Assembly (NCBI GenBank): GCA_016867815.1
Contig: VGIR01000005.1
Span: 779-64,778, forward strand
DNA length: 64,000 nt
Origin: a candidate division WOR-3 bacterium
GTDB taxonomy: Bacteria > Hydrothermota > Tepidihabitantia > Tepidihabitantales > Tepidihabitantaceae
Direction of reading: 5' to 3'
The first letter of the stretch is position 1. Every line of letters begins with the position of its first letter. Both the position numbers and the translations under genes were made by a program. Under the pieces are notes generated by a model. That model was not told where the DNA came from. It did not search any database and saw only the letters and a list, made by a program, of their open reading frames with translations. This document shows, in pieces, positions 19,826 through 28,631 of the stretch.

Positions 19826-20592
19826 TCCGCGGCTGACAGCGCCGCACCGAGCGCCGCAGCCAGCAGCGGCTTACGGGCAACCGTGATCGGCATACCGAGC
19901 GCCTTCTCCAAAGCTGCCCCCATCCCCGGGTTCTGCGCGACTCCACCCGTGAAGACGACGTCAGGCTCAACCCGTAGCCGCGCTGCCATGTTGGCGACCC
20001 GTCTGGCAAGCGCCTCGTGCAGACCGGCAATCACGTCCGCAACCGGAGTGTCGGCTGCAAGCAGCGACAGTATCTCCGACTCGGCCATCACCACACAGAG
20101 GCTGGAGACCGGCACGGGCCTTCGCGACTCAAGGCTCAGCCGGCCGAAATCCTCGAGCGGAACTGACAGTGTCCTTGACAGCACCGACAGAAAATGCCCG
20201 GTCCCGGCTGCGCAGCGGTCGTTCATTACGAAGTCACGCACCTTGCCCGACTCTTCGAGGCTGAGGACCTTTGAGTCCTGTCCACCGATGTCGATGACGG
20301 TGCGGCACGTCGGGTGCCAGTAGCGGATACCCAGGGCCGCGGCCTTGATCTCGGTGATGGTCCCTTCGACCTTGTCCACGACGTGTCGGGCATACCCGGT
20401 CGCTACCACTCCCCGCACATGTCCGGAGAGATCTCTGTGCTCGCTGCGGCACTCAGCCATGACCTGGTGAGCAGTCTCCTTCGGCCTCGGCCCGGTCGGG
20501 ACGACCTTCTCGCAGAAGACCTGTTGGCTCGCGCGGTCGAACACAACCAGCTTGGTGTTGACCGAACCCACGTCTATTCCTGCAGTGATCAC
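19822..20592 (-). CDS. Acyl-CoA dehydratase activase (HgdC/BcrAD/BadFG ASKHA ATPase)
   Basis: GIDVGSVNTK, ATGYAR, IDIGGQDSK, MNDRCAAGTG, SSLCVVMAESE (two cluster Cys), TGGVAQN. Confidence 0.92.
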   Translation of the reverse strand: MITAGIDVGSVNTKLVVFDRASQQVFCEKVVPTGPRPKETAHQVMAECRSEHRDLSGHVRGVVATGYARHVVDKVEGTITEIKAAALGIRYWHPTCRTVIDIGGQDSKVLSLEESGKVRDFVMNDRCAAGTGHFLSVLSRTLSVPLEDFGRLSLESRRPVPVSSLCVVMAESEILSLLAADTPVADVIAGLHEALARRVANMAARLRVEPDVVFTGGVAQNPGMGAALEKALGMPITVARKPLLAAALGAALSAAD

Positions 20593-21641
20593 GCTCTCCT
20601 CCTCCGGCCGTAGTCGGGGTTGACTCCGACCTGCCTGGCCGCACGCACGAACGCCCGGACGTTCTCGGGTGGAGTCTCGACCGGTACTTCACATCCCGTG
20701 GCGGCGACGAACCCCCTCGGACACTTCCGCCCGGCCATGACCATCTCCGCTACTGCGGACTCAATGGTCGTCGGGCCCGAGAGCAGGATGGCCGAAGTAT
20801 CGTAGTTACCGATGATGCGGCACGTATCACCAGCACCGGCCTCGGCGTCGGCCATCTCGATCCGGTCGATGCTCAGCAGGTCGGCGCCGGTCTCAGCCAT
20901 CATGCCGATAGTTGCGCGGGTGTCGCCGCAGATGTGCAGGACGACGTCGAGGTCGTACCGATGCAGGTAGCGAATCACCTCCGCCTCGGAAGGAAGAGCG
21001 AACTCGCGGTAGTGCTCGGCCGAGATGACGCTGCCCGAGGCCAGCGGGTCGACGAGAATCGGCAGGCCGCCCGCGCCGATAATCGCCCGGCAGAATCGAA
21101 CGATGGAGCGCGTCGCGTAGGCAAGCAGGCCCTTCACCCGTTCCGGCTCGGTCAGCAGACCAAGCAGGAAAGCCTCCTGGTCTACCAGCTGCTGGGCGGT
21201 TGTGAATGGTGCCGGAACGTAGGCGAGAATCGGCACCGTGTCTCCCCTGGCCTCGTAGGCGTAGGCTACGGCGTCGAGGTAGACTCGCAGCCGTCCGTCT
21301 CGCAGCGGGTCAGCCAGGCGGTCGTCCAACGTGGTGAGATCCGTCCACTTCGGTTTCGCCAGCAGCGGCAGGTCGTCCTCGGGGTAGTCGAACCGGGAAC
21401 CCAGCGCCTCGGCAACCATCCCCACCTCGGAGAAGAACGAGATGAAGTCGATGCCATAGGTCTCCTGCGCGACGAGCTGGCTCCGCGCCATTGCCATCCC
21501 GTCGGTGTAGTATTCACGTACGGGGATGCCGGCGATCCGCGCCGCGTGGGCAGTGACCAGCGGGAACACCGGCACCCGGTCCTGCGGTTCGTCGATGACG
21601 AGCAGGCCGAAGCGCTCGCGCGGGGTCAGCAGGTCTTTCAG
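20589..21641 (-). CDS. UroD/MtaA-family methylcobamide:acceptor methyltransferase, copy 2
   Basis: DRVPVFP, EVGMVAEALG, Zn motif LHICG...GCEVP. The frame extends to CTG 21641, which overlaps the upstream TGA and has GAGGAG upstream; the track start is GTG 21575. Confidence 0.85.
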   Translation of the reverse strand: MKDLLTPRERFGLLVIDEPQDRVPVFPLVTAHAARIAGIPVREYYTDGMAMARSQLVAQETYGIDFISFFSEVGMVAEALGSRFDYPEDDLPLLAKPKWTDLTTLDDRLADPLRDGRLRVYLDAVAYAYEARGDTVPILAYVPAPFTTAQQLVDQEAFLLGLLTEPERVKGLLAYATRSIVRFCRAIIGAGGLPILVDPLASGSVISAEHYREFALPSEAEVIRYLHRYDLDVVLHICGDTRATIGMMAETGADLLSIDRIEMADAEAGAGDTCRIIGNYDTSAILLSGPTTIESAVAEMVMAGRKCPRGFVAATGCEVPVETPPENVRAFVRAARQVGVNPDYGRRRRA

Positions 21642-23041
21642 CGGCGGCTCCTCAGCACTTCGAGGAAAGCCTCGATCCGGGTTTGCAGCTGCAGCCCAAT
21701 CTCGTTTGAGGGCGGCGCGACGTCGAACTCCAGTACCGGCAGATCGAGTTCCTGCTTCACGAAGTCGGATATCAGCCGCGCTTCCATCGCACAGTGCGAG
21801 CCGCCAAGGATACCGGAGATGATCACACCTTCGGCCTGTCGCTCCCGCGCCTGCCGTATCACCGACGCGGCCCGCTGCCGCGAGGTGCCGATCAGCGAAG
21901 CGGCCAGGAACGACCCGGCAATCGCCTGGAGTGGCGGCCTCGCTTCGTCCATCACTTCGAGCGCCTGATTGATGACGTACTCGGTGCCGACGACGCGCGC
22001 CCCCGCGTCTTCGACGTAGGTGAGTAGCAGCGGGTCGGCCGGCGGCGTGACCCAGACCAACCGAAGCGCATCCTCAGGAAGCACCCTCTGCCCACTTGCC
22101 AAGCGGCGCTCGGCCGTGGCCAGCAGGTGCTCCAGCACCTCCGTCCACTCCTCCATATCCGAGTAGTAGTGCAGATTGCCAAACTCGACAACCATCATCT
22201 CAAGAGCAGCCAGCGCCGCGTCCCGGAACGATAACTCGCGCAGCCTCGCGACCAGTCTCCTCACTCGGTTCGCCCGCCGCACGCCTTCGCGCAGTTCGTC
22301 CTCAGTGATCGAGTGATCCGTGAGCTTCTCCAACCGCTCGACGACACGCTCGTACTCCTTCACCAGCAACTCTTCCAGCGGTCCCGTGGGCCTTGCGTCG
22401 CAGCGCATCGGCTCCTCGACCCACAGCATGTCGGACGCGAATGACTCCACCAATTGCTCGACCCCGGAGTAGTCGTCGCAGGACGCGCCGGTAGAGGCAA
22501 TGACCAGGTCTGGATTGGGGAAGTACGAGTGCTTGGAGAACGCGCCCAGGGCGGCACGCGAGAAGCAGGTTGCATCGCCGACGCCCAGTTCGGCGGCAGC
22601 ATCAAAGAGCACGCGGCTCTCCATCGCGAACGGAGTCCACCAGATGCAGTCGGGGTAGAACGCCACCGAGTTTGGAAACGAATTGACTATCACCGGCACT
22701 GCGCCAAGGTCGCCCATCGTCGCGATGACCCGCCGCCCGGTCTGCCGGGCGCGGAACAACCGCTCGGTCTCATTCTGCACAAACCCCCACATCCGCAGGG
22801 CCGCCAGGGAGTTGTCGAACTTGAGACGGCGCAGGTGACGCGTACCATAGATGGCGAATGTCTGGGGAGGGAACAGGTACTTGGACCAGGCCTCGCCGTT
22901 GCCATAGTAGTGGTAGCGTTCAATCAGCTCGTCCGGCACGCGGTCGAACAAGTCCATCCACTCATCGAACCCGACCCGCGCCGGCTGCGGGTCGCTGTAC
23001 CCGACATTCGACATTCGACATTCGGACTTCGGACTTCGCAT
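21638..23041 (-). CDS. 2-hydroxyacyl-CoA dehydratase-family Fe-S subunit (HgdA/BcrB-like)
   Basis: ATG 23041 follows the upstream stop directly; PDCIWW, DATCFSRA, GASCDDY, SHCAME, LPVLEFD...QTRIEAFLE C-terminus. Confidence 0.8.
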   Translation of the reverse strand: MRSPKSECRMSNVGYSDPQPARVGFDEWMDLFDRVPDELIERYHYYGNGEAWSKYLFPPQTFAIYGTRHLRRLKFDNSLAALRMWGFVQNETERLFRARQTGRRVIATMGDLGAVPVIVNSFPNSVAFYPDCIWWTPFAMESRVLFDAAAELGVGDATCFSRAALGAFSKHSYFPNPDLVIASTGASCDDYSGVEQLVESFASDMLWVEEPMRCDARPTGPLEELLVKEYERVVERLEKLTDHSITEDELREGVRRANRVRRLVARLRELSFRDAALAALEMMVVEFGNLHYYSDMEEWTEVLEHLLATAERRLASGQRVLPEDALRLVWVTPPADPLLLTYVEDAGARVVGTEYVINQALEVMDEARPPLQAIAGSFLAASLIGTSRQRAASVIRQARERQAEGVIISGILGGSHCAMEARLISDFVKQELDLPVLEFDVAPPSNEIGLQLQTRIEAFLEVLRSRR

Positions 23042-23042
23042 G

Positions 23043-24155
23043 CTAAAGCGTCTCCAGGAACGCCTCGACCCGGGTGCGCATCTGCTCCCGGTTCTCGGTC
23101 GAGTAGTCAGTGTCAAGATGCAGCATGGGCAGACCGAGCGCCTCCTGCAGTCGCCTGACCTCGAAACTCCATGGGTCGCAGTAGAGCAAGGTCTTGTACA
23201 CAAGCCCCACTACCCGGAACTCGCGGGCGAGCTTCTGCGCGTACTCGTACGTGGCCGAGTTCGGTCGGCGATGCATGCAGGGCCGGCTGAAGTAGAAGCG
23301 GGCGATCCGGTTTATCGGCGCACCGTCTGCAGGCACGTCCTCCGAGAACCAGCGCGTCCCCGTGCAGAGTATGTCGGTCACGATGTCCGCCCTCTCTTCG
23401 ACGAGGTCCAGCAGCCATCGGTCATCCTCGGTCAACATGCTGCCGCCGAGCATAAGTCGCGGCCGTCGTCCTTCCGGTCGCGGCCGAGCGGCTACCATCC
23501 GCAGCACCTCCTCGACAAGCGAGACCGCCTTGACCGGGCCCAGCAGCCACGCAGTCGCCGCAAGGTCGAGCATCGTGCTGCCGGAGAGCAACGGCCCGTT
23601 CATCCGTCGCGTGTCGCTTGCCTGCCGCAGCATTCCCCGCATCCGGTTGAACGCGGCAATCTCGGATTCCAGCCGATCTGTGACGATGGCGGTGCCGGTC
23701 AGGGTTTCCATCTTCCCGGTCAGCAACTCCAATTGCCGCCTGAACTCCGCTACCCGATGCGGCAGAGGCTCGGACGTTCGCGGCAGGTAGAGCTGGAACA
23801 CCGGGATGCCGAAGTGCTTTTCAATCGACTCCGGCAGCCGGCGCATCATGTCGCACGTGTTTACGCTGAGCACGGCGTCCACCTGCTGGTACAACCGGTC
23901 GCGACCGAAGTTGCCCATGCACGCATTGCAGAATGAACAGGCGTCGGCCCGCAGGTACTGCTCTCCCGCCTCCTCGGCCGCTTGCCCCCCACGCATCAAG
24001 CGGACTGGAATGGCACCGGCCGCCTGAACCAGTTCCACCGGCGCGTAGATGCAGAAGTAGCCGACAACCTTCACGCCTGCTTTCCGGGCGGCGGATATCT
24101 CCTCTATCCTCTCCTGCCGTATCTGTTCGAGGGTCGCGCGCGGTATCAGTTCCAT
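23043..24155 (-). CDS. 2-hydroxyacyl-CoA dehydratase-family protein with Cys in both halves (double-cubane-like)
   Basis: GYFCIYAPVEL, ACSFC, NTCDMMRR, ILCTGTR, RPC, YCDPW, LHLDTDYS...RTRVEAFLE; start ATG 24155. Confidence 0.85.
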   Translation of the reverse strand: MELIPRATLEQIRQERIEEISAARKAGVKVVGYFCIYAPVELVQAAGAIPVRLMRGGQAAEEAGEQYLRADACSFCNACMGNFGRDRLYQQVDAVLSVNTCDMMRRLPESIEKHFGIPVFQLYLPRTSEPLPHRVAEFRRQLELLTGKMETLTGTAIVTDRLESEIAAFNRMRGMLRQASDTRRMNGPLLSGSTMLDLAATAWLLGPVKAVSLVEEVLRMVAARPRPEGRRPRLMLGGSMLTEDDRWLLDLVEERADIVTDILCTGTRWFSEDVPADGAPINRIARFYFSRPCMHRRPNSATYEYAQKLAREFRVVGLVYKTLLYCDPWSFEVRRLQEALGLPMLHLDTDYSTENREQMRTRVEAFLETL

Positions 24156-25555
24156 GATTCGAGCCCCATCGATTCGACGAATATCTGCTCGAACTGCGGG
24201 TGACTGCTCAGCACCACTTCGCGGCACTTGGCGGCGAACCGTTCCGCTTCCGTGAACAGACTGGTGTCCAGTGTGGCCCGGACAGCCCCGAGCAAAGCCA
24301 AGTTGCCGTGCTGGCGAATGCGGTCAAGCGGTGTCCGCGGCAGCAATCCGATTCTCACGGCCGCGCCGGGGTTCATCGCGGCGCCGAACTTCCCCGTCAC
24401 GTGCACACGTTCGATATCCGAGGCGGCCGCACCCCACTCAGCCAGCAGCACTCTGATGGCTGCGGCAATCGCGCCCTTGGCAAGCTGCATCTCACGCAGG
24501 TCGGCCTGGGTGAGGTAGATAGGCTTGTGTCCCTGCTTCAGTTCCAGACGGTCGTGGCCGGCAATCCTGCCGGAAGGATCCACCTTGCCGACCCGGACCG
24601 CTTCGGCCACGGCGTCGAGTACGCCCGAACCGCAGATGCTCTTCGGCTCTCCGCCGCCGATGACGTCCAGTTTGAATCTGCCGCGGCTGAACCGCGCCGC
24701 CTTCACCGCACCGGCCTGTGCCAGGCTACCGCACTCCAGGGTCGCGCCCTCGAATGCCGGGCCGGCTGCGGTCGAGGTCACGAGCATCCGCTCCCGGCTA
24801 CCCAGTACCACCTCGCCGTTGGTCCCGGCGTCAACCAGCAGCGACAGACGCCTGGTCCGATGCATGCCGGCGGCCAGGATCGCCGCAGCGCAGTCCGAGC
24901 CGACGAAGCTGCCGAGCAGCGGCAGCATCCTCGTCCAACGGCCGTCCCGCTGGCTCGTGAGGGACTCGCGCAGCGTCAGCTCCGGCTCATAGGGGAACTC
25001 ACCCAGCGTCGCCGCGCTCTTGCCCATCAGGAAGTGAGCCATCGCGGTATTGCCCACCGCGATGATCGGGCGCTCCCGCGGGATTCCCGCATCGTCGATG
25101 AACCTGTGCAGCACCGGCGTCAGCGGAGTCCGGCTGAGCTTTGCGCCGGCGGCGATCCGGCTCATCACATCCGCGCCAAAGACAATCTGCGGGTTCAGCT
25201 CCTCACGACGGGCCGCGATCCGGCGCCGCTCCACGTCGACTGCGGCGAGCGAGATCGTCGTAGTGCCGATGTCAACGGCAAGGCGGAGACTTGCCGAGTT
25301 TCCGGTGCGCCTGACACCTCTGCCCCGTACGACCGGTACGTCTCTCGCTACCTTCACCGAGACGGGCAAAGCCGGCGCATACTGACAGGCAAGAACGCTG
25401 CTCCAGCCTCCGACATCTAGAACCTGGGCTCTGCACTTGCCACAGGTGCCCGCGCCCCCACAGTCCGAAGGAAGCCGCACACCGGCGCCGAGGAGAAGTT
25501 CACGCAGGTTCTGTCCGCCATGCGGCGCGATCGTCACCCTCAAGCCGACCTCCAC
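24146..25555 (-). CDS. ASKHA-domain corrinoid reductive activator with N-terminal 2Fe-2S domain (RACo/RamA-like)
   Basis: SDCGGAGTCGKC...LACQ, AVDIGTTT, FGADVMSRI, GSFVGSD, DAGTNGE, STAAGPAFEG, SICGSG, LTQADLREMQLAKGAI. Confidence 0.92.
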   Translation of the reverse strand: MEVGLRVTIAPHGGQNLRELLLGAGVRLPSDCGGAGTCGKCRAQVLDVGGWSSVLACQYAPALPVSVKVARDVPVVRGRGVRRTGNSASLRLAVDIGTTTISLAAVDVERRRIAARREELNPQIVFGADVMSRIAAGAKLSRTPLTPVLHRFIDDAGIPRERPIIAVGNTAMAHFLMGKSAATLGEFPYEPELTLRESLTSQRDGRWTRMLPLLGSFVGSDCAAAILAAGMHRTRRLSLLVDAGTNGEVVLGSRERMLVTSTAAGPAFEGATLECGSLAQAGAVKAARFSRGRFKLDVIGGGEPKSICGSGVLDAVAEAVRVGKVDPSGRIAGHDRLELKQGHKPIYLTQADLREMQLAKGAIAAAIRVLLAEWGAAASDIERVHVTGKFGAAMNPGAAVRIGLLPRTPLDRIRQHGNLALLGAVRATLDTSLFTEAERFAAKCREVVLSSHPQFEQIFVESMGLESWN

Positions 25556-26544
25556 TCTCTCGCCGTTGCCACCAGTGCCCGGACATTCTCCTTCGGGCTC
25601 TCGGTCGGCACATCACAACTCGATGAGAGGATAAGACTCTGTCCGCCGCGATCGAGGCACGTTGTCGCCGCGGCCGTGACCTGTTCCGGCGGGCCTTCCA
25701 GCAGGAGATTGGTCGAGACGTTGCCCATGAGAACCACGCGGTCGCCGACTTCCTGTCTCGCCAGCGCCAGGTCCATTTCGTCGATGCTCAGAAAGTCCGC
25801 CCCGGTGGCGGCCATGTCGCGAAGCAGGCCTTTGGTCTCGCCGCAGATGTGTAGCCCGGCCTTGGCGCCGGCCTCGTGGATCGAGCGGACCAACTGCTCA
25901 AGGTACGGACGGGCGAATTCGCGAAACATCTCCGGGCTCACCAGGCTGCCGGACGCCACCGGGTCGCCGATGAACGGAATCCCACCCGCCTTCACGACGG
26001 CGTCGGCGTAGGCGAGCTGGTTGTCGGTTGCGATTCGAAGGAACTGGTGTGCCCGTCCGGGGTCGGTTAGCAGATCCTCCAGGAACTTGTCGATGCCGTG
26101 CAAGAAGGATGCGAGGGAGAAGGGGCCTTTGAGAGAGGTCAGAATCGGCGCTTCGTCTTCGAGCAACGCCTTGAGCCGACTGGTGGCCTCGAGTACGACC
26201 GGCATTCGGCCATCCTTCTCCGGGTCTGCCGGTTCGAGCCTGGAAAGACGCGGCGGCTCGAGCAGGAACGGGTCATCATCCTCGGGAATCAGCACCTGCG
26301 CCCCCATCGCCTCCGCCTCAACCATCGTATCGGTGAAAACCATGATGAGGTCGTAGCCATAGAACCGATACGCCGAGTAGAGCACCCGCGCCAGTGTGTC
26401 CGGCTGGGTCACGGCCTCGGAGATGGAGAACCCCTCCAGCCGCGCGGCATGGTTCGCCGCAACCATCGGGAAGACCACGGGCCGGGCCGGCTTCTCGCCG
26501 CGCATCAGCGCGGCAAACCGCCTGCTCCGGTTCTGCTCGCCCAC
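25540..26544 (-). CDS. UroD/MtaA-family methylcobamide:acceptor methyltransferase, copy 1
   Basis: DTMVEAEAMGA, GPFSLA, DPVASGSLVSP, Zn motif LHICG...SSSCDVP. Confidence 0.9.
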   Translation of the reverse strand: MGEQNRSRRFAALMRGEKPARPVVFPMVAANHAARLEGFSISEAVTQPDTLARVLYSAYRFYGYDLIMVFTDTMVEAEAMGAQVLIPEDDDPFLLEPPRLSRLEPADPEKDGRMPVVLEATSRLKALLEDEAPILTSLKGPFSLASFLHGIDKFLEDLLTDPGRAHQFLRIATDNQLAYADAVVKAGGIPFIGDPVASGSLVSPEMFREFARPYLEQLVRSIHEAGAKAGLHICGETKGLLRDMAATGADFLSIDEMDLALARQEVGDRVVLMGNVSTNLLLEGPPEQVTAAATTCLDRGGQSLILSSSCDVPTESPKENVRALVATAREWRSA

Positions 26545-26560
26545 GCCTAACTCCTAACTG

Positions 26561-27211
26561 CTACCTGCTGGCCTGCCCTGCCAGCCGCTCTATCTCCAGC
26601 ACCGCTGTGTGCGCGTCGGGTGCGAACGCGTCCGCGCCGATGTTACCGGCAAACTGCGCAGTGACCGGCGCACCCCCGACGATCACCTTCACGCCGGGGC
26701 GCAGTCCTACCTTGTCCAGCGCTTCGACCACCTTGCCCATCCTTGGCATGGTGGTGGTCATCAGCGACGAAACGCCGAGCACTGCGGCACCGTTCTCAGC
26801 CGCCTTGACGAACTCCGGCAGCGGGACATTTCGGCCGAGGTCGACAACCTCGAATCCGGCCGCCTGAACCATCACCTTCACTATGTTCTTGCCGATGTCG
26901 TGGATATCGCCCTGCACCACGCCCAGAATGACCTTGCCCTTTGTAGCCTGCGGCTTGTAGCTTGCGGCCTTCGACAGTATGTCGAACCCGGCGTACATCG
27001 CCTTGGAGGCGAGCAGCACCTCCGGGACGAAGCACTCCTTGGCCGCGAACTTCTCCCCCATCCGGCGCATGCCGGCGGCAAGGCCTTGCGTCATTGCGTC
27101 CTGCGGCGACAAACCCTGCTCAAGCACCTTGCGCGCCAGCTCGGCCACCAGTTCCGGCTTCATCGTAGTGACGGCATCAGCCAGTCGGGCGAAGAGATCT
27201 TTCTCAGCCAT
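26561..27211 (-). CDS. Cognate corrinoid protein (MtbC/MttC/MtaC-like; four-helix cap plus Rossmann B12 domain)
   Basis: GLAAGMRRMGEKF...FVPEVL cap; B12 motif GDIHDIGKNIV, VDLGRNVP, SSLMTTT, VGGAP; start ATG 27211 with RBS GAAGG. Confidence 0.93.
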   Translation of the reverse strand: MAEKDLFARLADAVTTMKPELVAELARKVLEQGLSPQDAMTQGLAAGMRRMGEKFAAKECFVPEVLLASKAMYAGFDILSKAASYKPQATKGKVILGVVQGDIHDIGKNIVKVMVQAAGFEVVDLGRNVPLPEFVKAAENGAAVLGVSSLMTTTMPRMGKVVEALDKVGLRPGVKVIVGGAPVTAQFAGNIGADAFAPDAHTAVLEIERLAGQASR

Positions 27212-27319
27212 ACCTTCTATGATAGTTGTCCGGATAGCTTCGGGCAAAGGAAACCGCGGGCGAGCCACAATCGCGTGCAGCCCGCCCGCAGACTGACCGT
27301 CGCTAGCCCGTCCTATGCA

Positions 27320-28114
27320 CTATTTCTCGGCCATGTACCAGCCGCGACCAACCTGGTGAGCATGAGCCGCGTCGCGCCACAGGTTCACCAGCCCGGTAGC
27401 GAAGCCGAACAGGTCCGGCCCGAAGTTCTTCAGGATGGTCGGCTTCAGATCCACCTCCACCATCTTCTTGTACTCGTCGAAGCACTTCGCGTACTCCGCC
27501 GTCTGGTCCTCGACCTTGATGTTCACGAACCCGTGCTTCTTCATCAGGTCGCCCCAGCCCTGCAAGGTCTCCATGTACGGGAAGGCCATCGACTCGTTCA
27601 GCTTGGCCATAAGCGGCTCGTCAACCTTGCCAGTAACGACCCAGTCGGTGAAGATGATCTTCCCGCCCGGGGCCAGCACGCGAAAGGCCTCGGCCATGAG
27701 CTGGTCCTTGTCGGTGACATAGCACCACGCTTCCTGGCCCCAGACCACACAGAACGTGTCCTTCTTGAATGGCATATCGAGCGCCGTGCCGTCGACGAAG
27801 GACACCAGGTTATCGAGACCCGCCACCTTGGTGCGCTCAATCGCCTTGGTGAGCATCGTCTTGGTGAAGTCGAGCCCGGTCACTTTCACGCCGTACTTCT
27901 TCGCGATGTGCCGCGCCGGCGCGCCCAGGGCCGAGCAGACGTCGAGCACGTGCATGCCCGGCTTCAGCCCGACCGCTGCGGCCATTCGGTCGGTCACCTC
28001 ATCCTTGCCCGAGTGAATCTGCTCGGACATAACTGCTTCCCACAGCAAGCCGCCCGGCCCGTCATAAACGTCCTGAACGTCCTTGCCTGTATAGTCGTAA
28101 CGTTTCGGCATCAT
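27320..28114 (-). CDS. Class I SAM-dependent methyltransferase, sarcosine/dimethylglycine N-methyltransferase-like
   Basis: Start ATG 28114 with RBS GAGGAGG; W...EQIHSG, VLDVCSALGAPAR (atypical motif I), TGLDF, DMPF...F, FRVLAPGGKIIFTDW. Confidence 0.85.
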   Translation of the reverse strand: MMPKRYDYTGKDVQDVYDGPGGLLWEAVMSEQIHSGKDEVTDRMAAAVGLKPGMHVLDVCSALGAPARHIAKKYGVKVTGLDFTKTMLTKAIERTKVAGLDNLVSFVDGTALDMPFKKDTFCVVWGQEAWCYVTDKDQLMAEAFRVLAPGGKIIFTDWVVTGKVDEPLMAKLNESMAFPYMETLQGWGDLMKKHGFVNIKVEDQTAEYAKCFDEYKKMVEVDLKPTILKNFGPDLFGFATGLVNLWRDAAHAHQVGRGWYMAEK

Positions 28115-28631
28115 GCCTCCTCGTGGAAACGGCGAACTCCGAGGTCCGAACGCCGAACTCCGGATCCGCCGTTTGTTGCTCCGCGGCGACGCTTGAAGCT
28201 CCAAAGGTCTCTTACCGAGCCTTGGCGCTCTTGGCGTCCTTGGCGGTTCTCTTCTAGTCTGGCCGGCAAACTGCCGGCACAAAGCCGGTCAATCATACCG
28301 CTTGTCTACCTAAGGTTGTGGTTGTGGTTCTGTAACAGCAAACTGGTAACTGGAAACTGGTAACTGAGTCCGTCTCGTCCGGTCTCCGAGGCGCACGGCC
28401 CCGGCACAAGTGCCGAGTCATGGCACGCGCCTCCGGCGCGTCACAAGAGACCTATCAACATTCACCGTACGATGATAGACACTCCCCCCGGACGAGTCAA
28501 ATGCCGCCGCGGCGTGACATCATCTGCAAGAATGTGGACCGCAGTGGATAGGTGTCTCTGGGCCTCGCGAGCCCCCCAGCGGTCAGTCCAGATTCTAGCC
28601 CCGTGGCAAGACTGAAGAGACTCGGCGGATT

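Noticed and set aside
26540-26565. Pyrrolysine read-through at the TAG ending the corrinoid protein
   Set aside because: The stop is at the normal C-terminus of the family, read-through is out of frame with the next gene, and no MttB/MtmB or pyl genes are in the window.
26609-28363. 584-aa + strand ORF
   Set aside because: Antisense to the corrinoid protein and SAM methyltransferase genes, which carry clear motifs.
28115-28630. Cobalamin or SAM riboswitch upstream of the corrinoid operon
   Set aside because: No B12-box or SAM-I core recognised by eye; only micro-repeat tracts. An Rfam/Infernal scan would settle it.
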